The notes under the pieces: model-generated
Told to the model about the DNA's origin: nothing
What the model saw: the letters and a program-made list of their open reading frames with translations, nothing else
The model's database searches: none
Translations under genes and position numbers: made by a program
Shown here: positions 26,801-40,424 of the stretch, in pieces
Layout of the letters: the number at the start of each line of letters is the position of its first letter
Position numbering within the stretch: the first letter of the stretch is position 1
DNA from: Camelus ferus
Lineage: Eukaryota
NCBI RefSeq assembly: GCF_009834535.1
Contig: NC_045697.1
Span: 57,910,001 to 57,974,000, forward strand
DNA length: 64,000 nt
Direction: 5' to 3'

Positions 26801-29239
26801 ATGTTGACCATACAATATCATTACAGCTATATAATGTATGAAAAGATGAATTTAATGTCATAACAGAGTTATTCTCATTTACTGAACTAATGAAATAAAG
26901 TGAAAATTATTTATCACAGTAAATATTTAAAATAATTTAGAATAGTAAAAATAAGCATGTGTAAAATTCAATCATCACTGTTATTTGGGAAAATTGAATT
27001 TCACTCTGAACAGTTTTCCCCAGCCAGTGAAAAAAAAAAATCTAAGTATTTGGACTGATTTTAAAGGAAATCTAATCTAAGCGTACATCTGACATTATAC
27101 TGTTACTTTTTTTCTAAAAAAATCCTACCGAAGTTTATGTTAGAACATCTGTAATAGTAGAGAATCAGTATGTCCCAAGAAAGCCTATTTTATAACTGAA
27201 AGGCTATTAGAAATAATTTCATAAATGTATTGATATGAAATCTTTTTAATTTCCAAAAGTTTTGGAACCTATAAACCTGAGACCACAGAGAATAAACTTA
27301 AGACAATATACATTTGATCCATCAAATACATAAAGTAGTATCCAATATATAATTCACTGTCTAACCTTCCCAATTTAGTTGCATTACAAAATTAACCATT
27401 CAAATATGGTTCTAATCATGGCTATCTTAGGAAGAAAGCATTTTCTCTACAAATTAGCCATTAAATACTGTCAAAAAAATTTATGAAAGTCCCATCTTTG
27501 TTATTTGATTAACTGTTATACTATGTAGATCTGAATGAAAAAGTCATAAAACAAGTAGAATCTGTAACTCCATATAGTATTTTCTACCTAAGCAAATAAT
27601 AAGGGTCCTAGGAAGTCAAGAAATTAATACAAGCTTTTGAAATGAGGCAAACTATTAAGTTTTTAAATGAGGGGGGGCTCCTTTCCCTACCCGAGAGGAA
27701 GTTTCTCACGATCTTTGCCTAAACCATGGTATCTGGATTAAACTTTCCAGTTTTAGTGTTTTACTTTTCAAAATTTTCTATTTAGTGTCGAGTCATTGCT
27801 CTGTAACATATTCTCCTAACCTGAAAAAAACTCATTAGGAAGTCTAATAATCACACTTGCAAAAAAATTAAAATAGAGATATTCAAAATTTTTTTAAAAA
27901 TCTGTCAAAATTAAATTAACTTGCTAATAAATGTTTTTTTAACTGTACCTACAGTAATACAAAACAAAGAAAAAACACTGAAGCATCTAACTTTTTTCAT
28001 TTTCTATAAGCATTTTAATCTCCAGACCCATTCTAGGACTATGAACTCCTATAGATGGTTAGTAAATTTTTCATAATACCACTTACAACTCTGCATTAAA
28101 AATTAGTTCTATATAGCACAAAGAGAGACTAAGATATACAAGCATTCTATTTGATTTTAGATATACCTAATAAGATATACTTCAAAAATGTCATAGGAAA
28201 ATGGGCTGACATTCATCAGATAACAGAAATATTCAATCTCTATTAAATATTAATATTATGAATAAGTTGTCCAGATATAAAGTATTATTCTAAATAAATC
28301 TAAAAACACTACATTATTATTATTGGTAAGATGTGTTCTACCTTGAGAGTAGAAATAAATCTAGCAATTCTTGAACAAATCCATATTGTAAATCAATTTA
28401 AATCATCCTCAGAGCCATTTCTATTCTGTATATTAGAAAACTGCCACCCAAAATCTGATGATGAGTAGCAATCAAATTATTAAAGAAAAAAAGTGGAAAA
28501 GATATTCTAGACATCTAAATATAAGGAATAATCTATCATATTTTCTCTTCTACCTAAAATTCAAATTAAAAAGAAATTATTGTGAGATTATAGAATTCTC
28601 AGATTTTTAATTCTGGCTTAGAACTGGCTCCCTTATGTCCTTTGCACCTGTGTGACTTCTTGTAACTAACATTAACTGGAATATGTTTATATAAAACTAA
28701 TTTTCACTACACTGACTATCATCATTACAAAGTATTGTTAATTCCACACAGTGATACACAGTTTCCCTGGCACTTGTCAATCTCCAGAAACAGAGAGGCG
28801 AAAAATTGTCTACTGTTCTACTACCACAGGAACACACAGAAATCATGTTCTATATGCCCTTCTGCGTAACCCACCCTTACAACTCATCCAGGGGTTCTAT
28901 TTTAGCTCTAAAATAATGCTGGTGATAAGAAATAACTTTTACTCTTTGTTTCTTCTTCATCACCTTAGGGACAGTCCTTATTGTGTTTAACATGAGATAA
29001 ATTAGCCAGGAAAAAAAGATTAAGCATGTAGTACACATTTAAACTTGCAGTATTCTATATTTTATTTGAGACAGTCAGAAGAGAGTGCATAATGTATAGA
29101 CTAAAATGTCCCAAATTAATTGAAGCATGCTGTTTGTACATAATTTATTTAAACTTGTTTAATAGTCATTCCCCCAACCCAGTTCCAATAGTCATGTAAC
29201 TCTTTTGGTTCACTCCATATCTTCGATACCTTAAAATCT

Positions 29240-29311
29240 ATACATACGTATATACACATATTGTATGTGTTTATACATATGTACATATGTGCATATATAC
29301 AAATGTATGTG

Positions 29312-29345
<34 letters not shown>
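29240..29345. repeat. (TA)n microsatellite with adjacent degenerate RY tract
   Basis: Pure TA run ~29314-29345. Confidence 0.9.
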
Positions 29346-29347
<2 letters not shown>

Positions 29348-29669
29348 ACATTGTGTAATTCAAAGATTTACTTTGGTTTTTACGTATTTTTTAAGAATAG
29401 CCTTTTTCCCCATTTAAACTGAACAAATACTTATGTAATGCGAACATTATGCCTAGGATTCTCTAAGATATACAATAGGAGTATAATCCATTTAAAAGAT
29501 ATAATACTCTCAAGGAGATTTACATTGCATGTGTATTTGTGTGTGTGTATGTTCAACATGTAAATACAAAAGCAACAGTATGAATTACACAATAAATTCT
29601 TTAAGTTGTGTATATAAAAAATATGTGCACATAAAAAGCATGTTTAAAAGTTGTGCTAAAAATAATTTT

Positions 29670-29910
29670 ACAAGACAGCATGGTAGTGGAAGGAGCATAA
29701 GCCTTGGATACTTTTAAAAATTTTTGCTATTCAACTTTTTACAAATCACCTAACATGTATAGGCTTTAGCATCTAAATTTTTAAAGTGCTAATAAATTAG
29801 GTTTTATATTTGTTTTGTGGATTACATAAATTGCTGAATATAAAACATCTGATGAAGTGCTAGGTTCCTGATATATGCTCGAATTTTGGTGTCACTCTTA
29901 TTAATGCTGT
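29670..29910 (+). mobile_element. MIR SINE
   Basis: agacagcatggtagtggaaggagcataagccttgga start; decayed core and 3' end. Confidence 0.55.
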
Positions 29911-30589
29911 TATTATTGAGCATAGTTAGTATTTAATGGTTCAAGAGCTATCAGGGAAAGAATAAGGTCAGTATTAAATATGAACACTGACACTACAAAT
30001 AATATAAAAAAAACAGCAACTGAGCACCATTTATTGAGCACCCATGGTTCCAAGAAGTGTTCTGAATTCCATCTCAATTCTGATACAATTTATCAATAAG
30101 GATTTTAATATAAATCAATATTTGAATTTAATGAAAACAAATATACCCCATTAATTTTGAAACTTAGTATATGTTATTCAGAAGGAATATGCTTGTGATT
30201 TTAAAGTATTGCTAAAGTACCTTCAAACACTGGTACCCTAAAGAAATTTTTTGTTTGTTAACTAATTTAGTCTAAGATAAATTGGTCTTTTTGTTTCTAA
30301 AAGTAAACCTTTCAAGGGAATAAGCTATCCACTTTGATAATGTAGTGCAATCATAATCATTTATATATAAAAGATGTTATACAAATATGAGGTTATTAAG
30401 GTAGAATAACTTTTTAGAGTTAAAATTCTTATACTGAAGAAGTATCAATATTATAAGCCTCTATCTTGTGATTTCTGAGTTTTCTTTCAAATTTAAATAT
30501 ATACGTCAAAATCTTTGGGTCACAATTTTATGAAATTTTTCTCTCAATGTCAAACTAATAAAAATATGGATATTATAACCATGAATTCC

Positions 30590-31530
30590 AATTTTACTCT
30601 GTTCATTTGCAAATATATCTCCCCTGGTGCAACCACATCTTTAACCCTGTTCTACCATATAAGAATACTGACTTGGCCACATGGAAACATACTGGACCTG
30701 TTCTCCCTTCCCCAATCCTTCTTCACCTGGACCTTCTTCATCACAGTCAACGACAGTTGCATTCTTCTGGTTTCTCAGTCTCGAAGAATAGACTTACCCT
30801 TCTCTTCCTTGTCTCACCCTCCATATCCAATCTATGAGCAATTCTTATTGTCTCATTGTGAATCGGTATCTGCATTCTAACCATTTCTCACTATTTTCAC
30901 TATTATAACCCTTGTGCAAGTTCCCATTATCTCTCTCCTGGAATATTGCAATAGTCTCCTAACTGATGTCGCTGATCTATGTCAGCACATCAACCAAAAT
31001 AGTACTTTATAAATTCAAAGTGTATTAAAGCACTCTTTGAATCAGAACACCCCTTAGCAATTCACTTTTCTCAAAGTAAAAACTATCCAAATAAACTCCT
31101 TTACTTCTGTAACAGCATCCCCTACTACTCTGACAATTGTTTATGGTGATCCAGCCATCCAAACCTCTTATTTCTTCAATAACCAGATACACATTGCCTC
31201 ATCCTCATCCTCCCAGATATTTAATCATCTATTCCCTCCCCTCTTTCAAGTGTTTGTTTTAATATTACTTTCTTAGTAGAGTCCACACAAGTCATCCTAC
31301 CCAACATTGTAACTTCCAGGCTTAACCCTCATTCCCTGTCCTCCTTGTTGCTTTACCTTCCTAAGTAAGTCTTTTCTGATATAATGAATTATTTACCTAT
31401 TTTGTATGTATACCATTTCTTTCTGCCCCTATAAGCTCCTTGAGGGAAGATTATTTATCTGCTAATTTCTTAAACCACAGCATTCAAAGCAATGTCTAGC
31501 AATTAGTAGGTAGCGAATAATTGAATGAAA
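30590..31530 (+). mobile_element. LINE-2 (L2a-like) 3' fragment
   Basis: cccattatctctctcctggaatattgcaatagtctcctaactg; 3' end ataagctccttgaggg...tagtaggtagcgaataattgaatga. Confidence 0.75.
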
Positions 31531-34500
31531 TATGCAAGTAATTTCTCTCATCTCTGTCTTTGAAGGGGATGAAGCTAGTAATTATGTAAATTATAATCTA
31601 TGTGAGGCAGCATGTCAGAGGCAGAGGAATTCTTCGAAAAGGGTCAATTCATTGGATTTTTATATTCCTAAAGACAAAGAAGCACATGCATCCAATTTAT
31701 GGATCAGGACGTTGACATACGTGACCTGGGAAGGTAATACTTCGAATATCTACTCTTATTTTATTCCCTTTTAAATTATTTCTTTGTATTTTCATACTTT
31801 GATTTTTATGAGAAATCATAATTATTTGATTATGATTTAATATACAGGAAAATCAAGGTATCATTTTTTTTAAAGAGTGATTCCATGAGAAGGCAAGATG
31901 TATGACACTGAAGCTACTTAAGGTTACTAAGAAAAGTAATTTTAAAGAGCTCATTTTTAAGAGCAATTAACTTGAACCACATTTTTATCTTTTCTATCTA
32001 AAAGTTGTACACAAAATCTCTCCTCTATTAGATACATTTTAATGTATAAAGGTCATAGGTAAACTTACTATTTAAAAAACCCTAAAACAATTCTTTTGTT
32101 TTAAAAAATCATACTCTCCAATAAAATACTCCCCTTCTTCACCTGTTCTATGGTCAAAGGTTTTAATATCAAATTTTCTTAAGATGCAGTGGGATTCCTA
32201 ATTTGCTGGAAACATTTTTGATACAGAAGAGACCACTAAGTAAATTTACATGGCTATAAAATTAACATTAAAGTCTTTTTCCCCCCACTTTCTCTTAAAC
32301 ATGTCAGACTCATTTCTGGAAAAATTCCCTTTTCATCACATAGTAGAGGACCTTCATTGGGAATGATGAATGAACATAATATTTCTAGAAACTGATTATA
32401 CTTCTATGGGAGCCTTCTCCCATACACATGGACTAAAATGCAATATTTTCACACAAAATATATTTCCATTAATTATATTAGCTAGTTATAGCCATATGTC
32501 TGCAGAAGCAGAACTTCTTCGAACAAACTAGGTCTGCTTTAAAAGACTCCAAACCGTGGGAGTTTAAGTGGTCAGGTAGAACACATGTGAAGCCTGAAAA
32601 TGTGGTAGGCTTCTGGTAAGTGCACACACACATGCTCTATATTGATAGACATTGCCTTAAAACACCCAGTGGTAACATAACCCCAGTGCTGAAACAACTC
32701 ACTACTAGAACTCTTGGTTTTGAAACGCTCTCCTTATAACTTTCTTAGAGCATTCTGTTTGTCAAGAGGTTGAGAGCACCAGCTGAGCGGACAAAGATCC
32801 TGGAGCCCCATTCATACTTCACTGGTAGCTTCAAAGACGTCTAAAAAAAGAGCTTCACAGGTTACAAAATATTTAGGAAACACAATAGCACAGAATTTTG
32901 AATTCACTCTTCAGCTCTATATACTGATGATACCAGCTGATAGAAATCACCAGGGTAGGCAGGTTGGAATACGCATGTTTGTCCTTTGTTTGCAGGTGTG
33001 ACACAGAGAAAGCATATTTGAAAATGAGAACTAGAAAAAAAAGACTAAAGGGAGTGAGTGAAATGAGAAATCACCACTATTTATAAACTAAATAAACTAA
33101 TGTAATTCGATATCAGTGTAGCCTGTTATTAGTATTTGGTATAAAACATTTAGTTAAATGCTTATTAAGATATATAATTAAAAAACAAATACTTAGTTCT
33201 ACAGCATGGTGAGTGTTAACTTCTAAATACACACAACCTTTCCCTTAAATTTGCTGGAATGTTTTATCAAATGTATCAGATGGCATTTCTTGAAATGTAC
33301 CTCTGTCTACTCAAACACTAACACCAATTTTATAATGTAATTATGTGGAAAATCTACTTCTTTATCAGACATTCAGCATGTCAAGATAAGAAGAATTGAA
33401 TAAATAGATGGTACGTTACTATCAAGTTTTCTCAGCACTCAAAGGCGTCTATAATTTTTTTATTAATCCCACTTGATCCTCTAAACATATTAGAAATGAT
33501 ATTGTTGACTGTTAGTATTGGTGGTGTAGAGAGATTTTCAAAAAATAGCTTAAAGTAGACCTGAGGGACCTACAAAATTTGTCATATTTTCCTTTTTATG
33601 AAGTAATCAAATTGATAAAACATGTGGCAAGATAAACAGAATGCCACTGAATCCGCCTACAGGAATAACTGTAAGTAAATATTTTAAAAATAGATGAATA
33701 ATTTCAGTATTCTTTCTCTGGCTTCCAGATTTCAATTCATCCAGAGAGTGAGGGGGAAGAAAAGATATGTACAAAACGATTATTTCAGTGCAGACATTTT
33801 TATACCAACACAAAATGAATGCAGGGCTCTGTTAAATCTACTATCTAAGATTTATAACTTATTATTTTTGTCATTTTCTCATTCCAATTGATTCTATTTC
33901 AATTATTCAAGCCCTTGATTACTTTTCATTCCCTTGATTAGGTTTTCTTACATTTTAAAAAGTATTAGACATATTTTCTTCTTTATGTTGACATTCCAAC
34001 ATAGCTTTTCTATTAATATCTACCATTAATAAGGAAAATTATAAGAATTACAATTATCATAATATTTATTCCTATGAATTCTTGTGCATTTCTATAGAAT
34101 GCGCAGATTTTTTGAAAAATGTACTATTTTTAAAATTGTATTTAAAAAGTATGGAGTCCCAGCTTACATCCATTTTCTCCCTCACAGCTCCTAATAGATG
34201 TTTCATACATATGGTATTACTGTTGAAATAGTAATCCAGTATCGAGAACAAACACTGGTGAGAAGTTCACTGTAAATCATTTAACATTTCTGCCATTGTT
34301 TTTTTTTAGTTGGTAAATTCATTTCTAAAGAAAGCAATTGTTACCTGAAGTATTTAGCTTAAAAGGAGGGTATGCTGTTTTGAGATTTCACAAACTGTAC
34401 ATGATTTTAACAACAGCAATGCCACTCAAAATTACAAATGTATTATTCAAAATTAGATTATTGAAATGACAGAAGCCCAATTCAAAGTATTTTAGACAGT

Positions 34501-34799
34501 AACGGGAATTTATTGGAAGAATAGTGGATTAATTTGCATAACCACAAGTAAGGCAGAGTCTAGCTTGGATCTGAAAAGCCACAACATTTGTTTGTTTTTA
34601 ACTAGAACTAAAGGGAGTAATTCAATCCCTGAAAAGGGAAGATCAGAAGCTGACAGTAGTCATGTTTCTGACCAAAAGGAAAAGCAGAGCTGGGAGAAGT
34701 CTTTTGGATTCTTTGACCTAATATTCTTTTGGTATTCCTGATTATTCTCCTGGCTACTTTTCTAAGCCACCCAGTTGATCATTCCTCAATATAGATATC

Positions 34800-35760
34800 A
34801 AAAGTTGAATTTCATGAATTTAATTTTTTTTTGTATTTCATTATCCACACTTTTGTTAAAATGAATCATCTTTCACTGGGCTTTAACTATCGTCCATACC
34901 CAGGTAAGTCATATATTTCTCTCTCCAGCCCAGGATGCTCCATAGAGTTCCAAACATCAATATTCAATGATTTAATTGACATTGTGAATTATATATATCA
35001 AAGCCAACTCAATATCAATATAAGACTCATGCTATTTTCCTATTCCAGCATACCAAACTACACAAATAAAAAAGAGAAGCTACTGACCATCTTTCAATGA
35101 GCTTTAAGTCAATAAATGGATTTGCCATCCATACGATAAAGCTACTGGAGTCAGGGAATCATACCTGACCCTTCAATTTCCCTTCCCTGAGCTCAACACT
35201 CTGCTACAGTCACATATAAACCCTAACATCCAGTCCATTACCAAGTAGTGTTGAATCCCTCCTGAAAAGTGTGTCTGACTCCTGCAAACTGCTCCATCTC
35301 TACCATCACTACCTTTGTTGATCTTCACATCGATTCTCAGATTATTCAAGTAGATTACTTCTATGTTTATTCACTTATTCTCTTCCAAACAGTTCTCAAG
35401 GCAGTGTTTGTGATTTGCTAAAATACAGATATTTTCAAGTGAAACACAAACTTTGGATCTTTGTGAAAACGCTTGAATAGTTCCCCCGATATCTCTTAAT
35501 ATAAAGAGAAACTCCTTATGTACAAAACCTGCACTGGTTGGTTCCTAACGACCTCTCCAAATTTACCTGGCACCAAGTCCCTTGTATGCTTTTCTCTATA
35601 TAACTTGTCTTTAAATCACTCATAGAAATTATAGTCACTTCCACTATCGTCTCTTTTTGGTCCCGCTGTGTGGAATATTATTTTCTCCCTTCAAGTCTTG
35701 GTTAATTCTTACATCTTTAAGTTCTCAGCTCAAACTTGAGAACCTCGTAGAAAGCCAAGA
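34800..35760 (+). mobile_element. LINE-2 fragment
   Basis: ggctttaactatc...ctctccagcccag...ctggagtcagggaatcatacctgac...catccagtccattaccaag. Confidence 0.65.
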
Positions 35761-35889
35761 ATAAAGTAATTATACAAATGCATACTATAAGATCCTGTGT
35801 CTTTGTTAGAAATGGCTATAAAGTTGACCCTTGGTTTTCCGGCAATCTACATCCACATCTAAGAAGCAATCAGAATTTTTACAAGAAAA

Positions 35890-36110
35890 TAATGATAGTT
35901 AATATTTCATTGAATTCCAACTTTTCTAGTCATTTATTTAAATGCACTACAAGTATTAACTCATTTAATACTCATCATAAATATATGGGGTAGGTACAAT
36001 CATATTGCCCATGTTATAGATAAAGAAACTGAGTCAAGGAAATTTTAAAACCTCCATAAAGTTATCTAATAAGGTTAAGCCAGAATCTGAATATTTGAGG
36101 TCTGGCTTCA
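35890..36110 (-). mobile_element. MIR SINE (antisense)
   Basis: attaactcatttaatactcat...cccatgttatagataaagaaactgag. Confidence 0.7.
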
Positions 36111-36329
36111 TGAAAAAAAGGCATTTACTACAGAAGGGCAATTATTCCTGGTACGAAGAGCAAAGAGAAATATCAACGAATAAAAATTATTTGTAGTTTG
36201 TAATAGAATCAGTTCTTTGATTTGCACCTATCTGTTAGCTATACTAAAATTCAAAACACACTTCCTCTTTTCCACAGAAAGACTGAGTCAACTGTGTAAA
36301 TTTGGGACATCCCTGGCAATAAGACATCA

Positions 36330-38420
36330 CAGAATGCTAATTTTCAGCTTTTCTATAGAATTTTTTTCATCCACCCCTTTGTTTTCAACTTATTTGTGCC
36401 TTCTTTTAATTTGTTTTTTTGCATTATTTTTTTCCTATTAGCTTTTAGCTTTTCTCTTTGTACTTTTTTAATAGGTTTATTCTCTCTATTTAGATTGAAT
36501 ATTATACCACTTCATTTAATAGCTACACATATAATTTCATTTCCAGACTTTTTTTTTCTAATGTGGTCATGTGAATATATATTCCTACCCATTTTATGAA
36601 TACAGTTATATACTTTTATAATTTTTGATATGAAGCCATTTGTCTCCTACAGAAATGAGAAAAAAGGTCATCTTTGCATTTTTTTTAAAAAAATTGTTCA
36701 CCTAGTTAACTTTCTCGTGCTTGTCATTCTTAAAAATCTGTTTTTATTTGTAATGATTTACCTTTTAGGCTGAAGAACTTCCTTAATCTTTTCTTATGGT
36801 GCAGGTCACTTGGTAACAAATTTCATCACATTTAAGTTTTCTGAAAATATGCTTATTTTATCCTCAATTCTGAAGGATAAATTTACTAAATAGATAGTCT
36901 ATGGTGACAGTGTTTTTTTGTCTGTTTCAGAACTTGAAGTATGTAACTATTGTCTTCTGACCTTCATCATTTCTAATGAGAAATTAGCTAGCGAATGTAT
37001 CATATTTTCCATTTGTGTAAGGCTTCTTTTTTCTGATTTAAATTTTGTTTCTATTTGTGGTTTATAGCAATTTGAATTTAACGTACACTGTTGTGATTTT
37101 CTTTGTACTTTTTAAACTTGGTGTTAATATGCTTCTTGGATCTGTGATTTAATATTTTCACCACCTTTGGGAAATTTTAATGCATTATTTTGTTCTAGTG
37201 GTTTTTTCTCTGTTCTAGAATATCTCCTCTCTTTCTGGAACTCTAATTATGCATCTGTAAAAATGAATGATATTGTCCTATAGGTTACTAAGGGGCTATC
37301 ATATTTACTTTTTTTTTTCCTATTCTCCAGTGTGATAATTTACACTAATCTGTGTCCAAGTTCACAAATTTTTTCCTCTATGTAATCTCAAATATTAATG
37401 GTGAAGTCAATCAATTGATTTTTTAAAAAATTCAGATAATGTAACATTTTACTCTAAAACTTCTGTTCTTCTATTCTGTTCTCAAAAGAGAGCTCCATTT
37501 CTTTTTTGACATTCCCTAATCATTGCCTCGATAACGGATGTTTAAAGTCTTTGTGTGCTAACTCTGACAGGTCAGTCACATTGGGATCCTGATTAAGGGT
37601 CTTCTTTTCCTGCTTCTTTACATGTATAATAATTTGTGATGACACATTGGACATTGTGTAACACATTAGGTGGAGCCTGGATTATATGACCTCCCTTTAA
37701 AGGACACTGAATTATATTTTGGTAACAAGTTAAATTTCTGGTAGATTCTTTCAATCTTTCCAGATTTGTTTTATTTATTTATTTTTAGGCCAGATACATT
37801 TCACTTTGGCTTTAGTCTTATTTATATGATTCTTTCTTCAAAGTATGACTTTCTAGAATCTCAACTAAACACCTGGGATACACAATAAGATCTCTCTACA
37901 CTGGCTTGGTGAGAAGTGCAACATTTCTCAGCACTGTGCAAACTTGGGTATCTCTGCTTACCTCTTAGCTTTCTGGTAACTGCTCTGTCCTAAGCCTTAT
38001 AGATTCTGTGCTTACATATTCCAAACTTCTCCAAAAAAAATTGCCATGCACTTCCCACAGCATCTAGGGTTTTCTCTTCACAGTTCCCTTCTCTACAGTA
38101 AACTGTCCCACAAGTTCGAACTATTTTAGCACATCCATCTCTACCTCCTCATTTCAAAATACTATGATACTCAGTTTGGATTTGATCGTCACTACCCTGG
38201 ACTAGAATGTGCTTCCAAGGAGAGAGTAGAGACTAGCATCTAGCAGTCTCCACAGGAATAGTTTTTTGTTTTGTTTTGTTTTGTTTTGTTTTGTTTTGTT
38301 TTGACTTCCTGTTTACTAATATCTAAGAACAGTTGTCTCATTTTTTTGCCTAGATATATAGTTGTACCATGAGGGCATGTCTGGTACCAGTTGCTCCATC
38401 ATGGCCACAAACAGACCACT
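36330..38420 (-). mobile_element. Ancient L1M/L1ME 5' region (5'UTR-ORF1), antisense
   Basis: T-rich antisense ORF1-type motifs (ttctgaaaatatgcttattttatcctcaattctgaaggata; ttctaatgagaaattagc; ctttgggaaatttt; tttctggaactctaattat). Confidence 0.7.
38261..38303. repeat. (GTTTT)n microsatellite
   Basis: About 8 tandem units. Confidence 0.95.
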
Positions 38421-39641
38421 TTTATTTATTTTAAGGTAAAAAGATTACAAGGCTGAAGGGATTATTTTTCTGCCATTTAAAATCCTAAATAAGAAATAAA
38501 TATACCTCTGTAACTTAGTAATAGTTAAAAATCCATTTTGTCCATTTGCTCTCCATTTTCATTTTTATGAAAATTTTAAGAAGTAAAGAATATAATTATA
38601 AAAATATTAGTATTCCAATTGATCAATTGCTTGGCAACTTTTGCTTTTTCCCTTCTGGATAGAGAGAGAGAGAGATAGGAATGTGTGTATATATTTGCTG
38701 AGCCTTTGACAGTACTTAAAGCCACGGTCCCCCTCTCTCTAAAAATAAAACGCACATATACAGACACATAATACTGCCTCATATTTCTTAAAATGGACCA
38801 CTTGGACCCTATTTTAAGCACACTTTATTGAAGCAAGTCATTCTGGCTGTTTGACTCATTTCTCTCTTTTTCTGAATCCATATCATGTGAAATAAAACAG
38901 TTTTAAAAACACTGTGAAAAAAAAAGTTAACTATTCTATGAGGTGTAGTCTGTCTGTAGATTACTTGTACTGTTAAAAAGTTTCTCCCTCAGTTGAACAG
39001 AAATCAATCTCTCTATATGTTCGAACATCTTTATGTCTACTTTTTGCGATCTAAAAAACCAATATCTAATTCCTCATTCACAGAATAGCATTTCAAATAC
39101 TTCAAGATATCTCCTAGAAGTCTCAACATTAGTTTTTTTACCCATTATTTACATAATGATATTTTAACTTACCTCTTTTATTTATTTTTCTGTTTATGTT
39201 TAAGTTCTTATAAATGGAGTCTCTAAAACTGATTTCAAAAATCTAATAACATATTATAATTGCACTCCTGTGTTCTGGAAATACTGATTAATTTTGCTTG
39301 ATTGGGACTATATCCTCTATGAAAGGAAATAGTAAGAAATGAATCCAGAAATTACATTGAAGAAAGCTCCTGGAGGGGCTTTCACGCTTTCCAAGTTATT
39401 TGTTATTTTATTCTGTGCCTAATAAGAAACCATTTTTGCTTTAAATAGGATTTTCTTATGATTACAGACACACTTTGGAATAATTACTTTGACAGTGGTA
39501 TGTCATTTGGATTAGAAAGTTTAGAGAAGGCACTTAAAAATTGCTGAACAAAGAAAGGCAGGCAAAAGTTCAATTAAGAGGCTCATATGATTATATTAGT
39601 GAAAAACAATAAGGTTCTGAACTACATTGTTGATAGTGGGG

Positions 39642-39711
39642 ATATAAATTATATACAAATGGAGATATCAAAGAGGAAAAATATAAATTTTATACAAATG
39701 GAGATATCAAA
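39642..39711. repeat. 31-bp direct duplication, period 39 bp
   Basis: atataaatt(a/t)tatacaaatggagatatcaaa at 39642-39672 and 39681-39711. Confidence 0.9.
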
Positions 39712-39849
39712 AATAGGCAATTACTTGAGAGTAAAAAATGAAATAAAATAAAAATAATTTTATATTTTCAGTGTTTTTACTGATACCACTAACAGAAAAG
39801 ATAAATCAGAACAGGGTTGGGTATAAAGGAGAAAGATGTTGACAGTAAT

Positions 39850-40100
39850 CATAACAACCATATCATCATTAATATGCCTCAGGTAGAGTTCTAAGTACCT
39901 TACACATATTAACTCACATAAACGTCCTAGTTTTCTAAGAGATAAGTACTATTGTTATCTCTGTTTTATAGATGAGCAAACTGAGGCACATGATTAAGAA
40001 GTTTTCTGAAGTTCATCCAGGCACTAAATCATAAAGAAGAGTTTTAAACCCATAGAGTCTAATACAAAAGTCTATTTTTAACCAACTCTACCGCACTGCC
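39850..40100 (-). mobile_element. MIR SINE (antisense)
   Basis: tacacatattaactca...ctgttttatagatgagcaaactgaggcaca. Confidence 0.8.
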
Positions 40101-40297
40101 TTTATATGACTAGTTCAGTTTATTGGTCAAATAGTTCCTAGAAAAAAATCCCTAATTTTCAAGAATATATTTAAAGCCTCTAGAATAATTACTGTAGCCA
40201 GAATATAGAATTATATTTAGATGTACTATATACCAGTGTTTTTCTGGCTAAGATCTAAGTCTCTTTAAACAGGATCAGTAGGTGGAGATAAACCTCT

Positions 40298-40424
40298 CTT
40301 TTTTCCCCCTTGGGCTGCTTACTTTTCTTTATTTTTTTTTAACATTTTTTATTGATTTATAATCATTTTACAATGTTGTGTCAAATTCCAGTGTAAGCAC
40401 AATTTTTCAGTTATTCATGGACAC
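40298..40424 (-). mobile_element. Extremely truncated young L1 3' end (camelid-type tail) with TSD
   Basis: tttttaacattttttattgatttataatcattttacaatgttgtgtcaaattccagtgt; TSD ataaacctct at 40288-40297 and 40425-40434. Confidence 0.85.

Noticed and set aside
32773..32796. REST/NRSE-like half sites (gcacc...ggaca)
   Set aside because: Both halves are mismatched and the spacing is non-canonical
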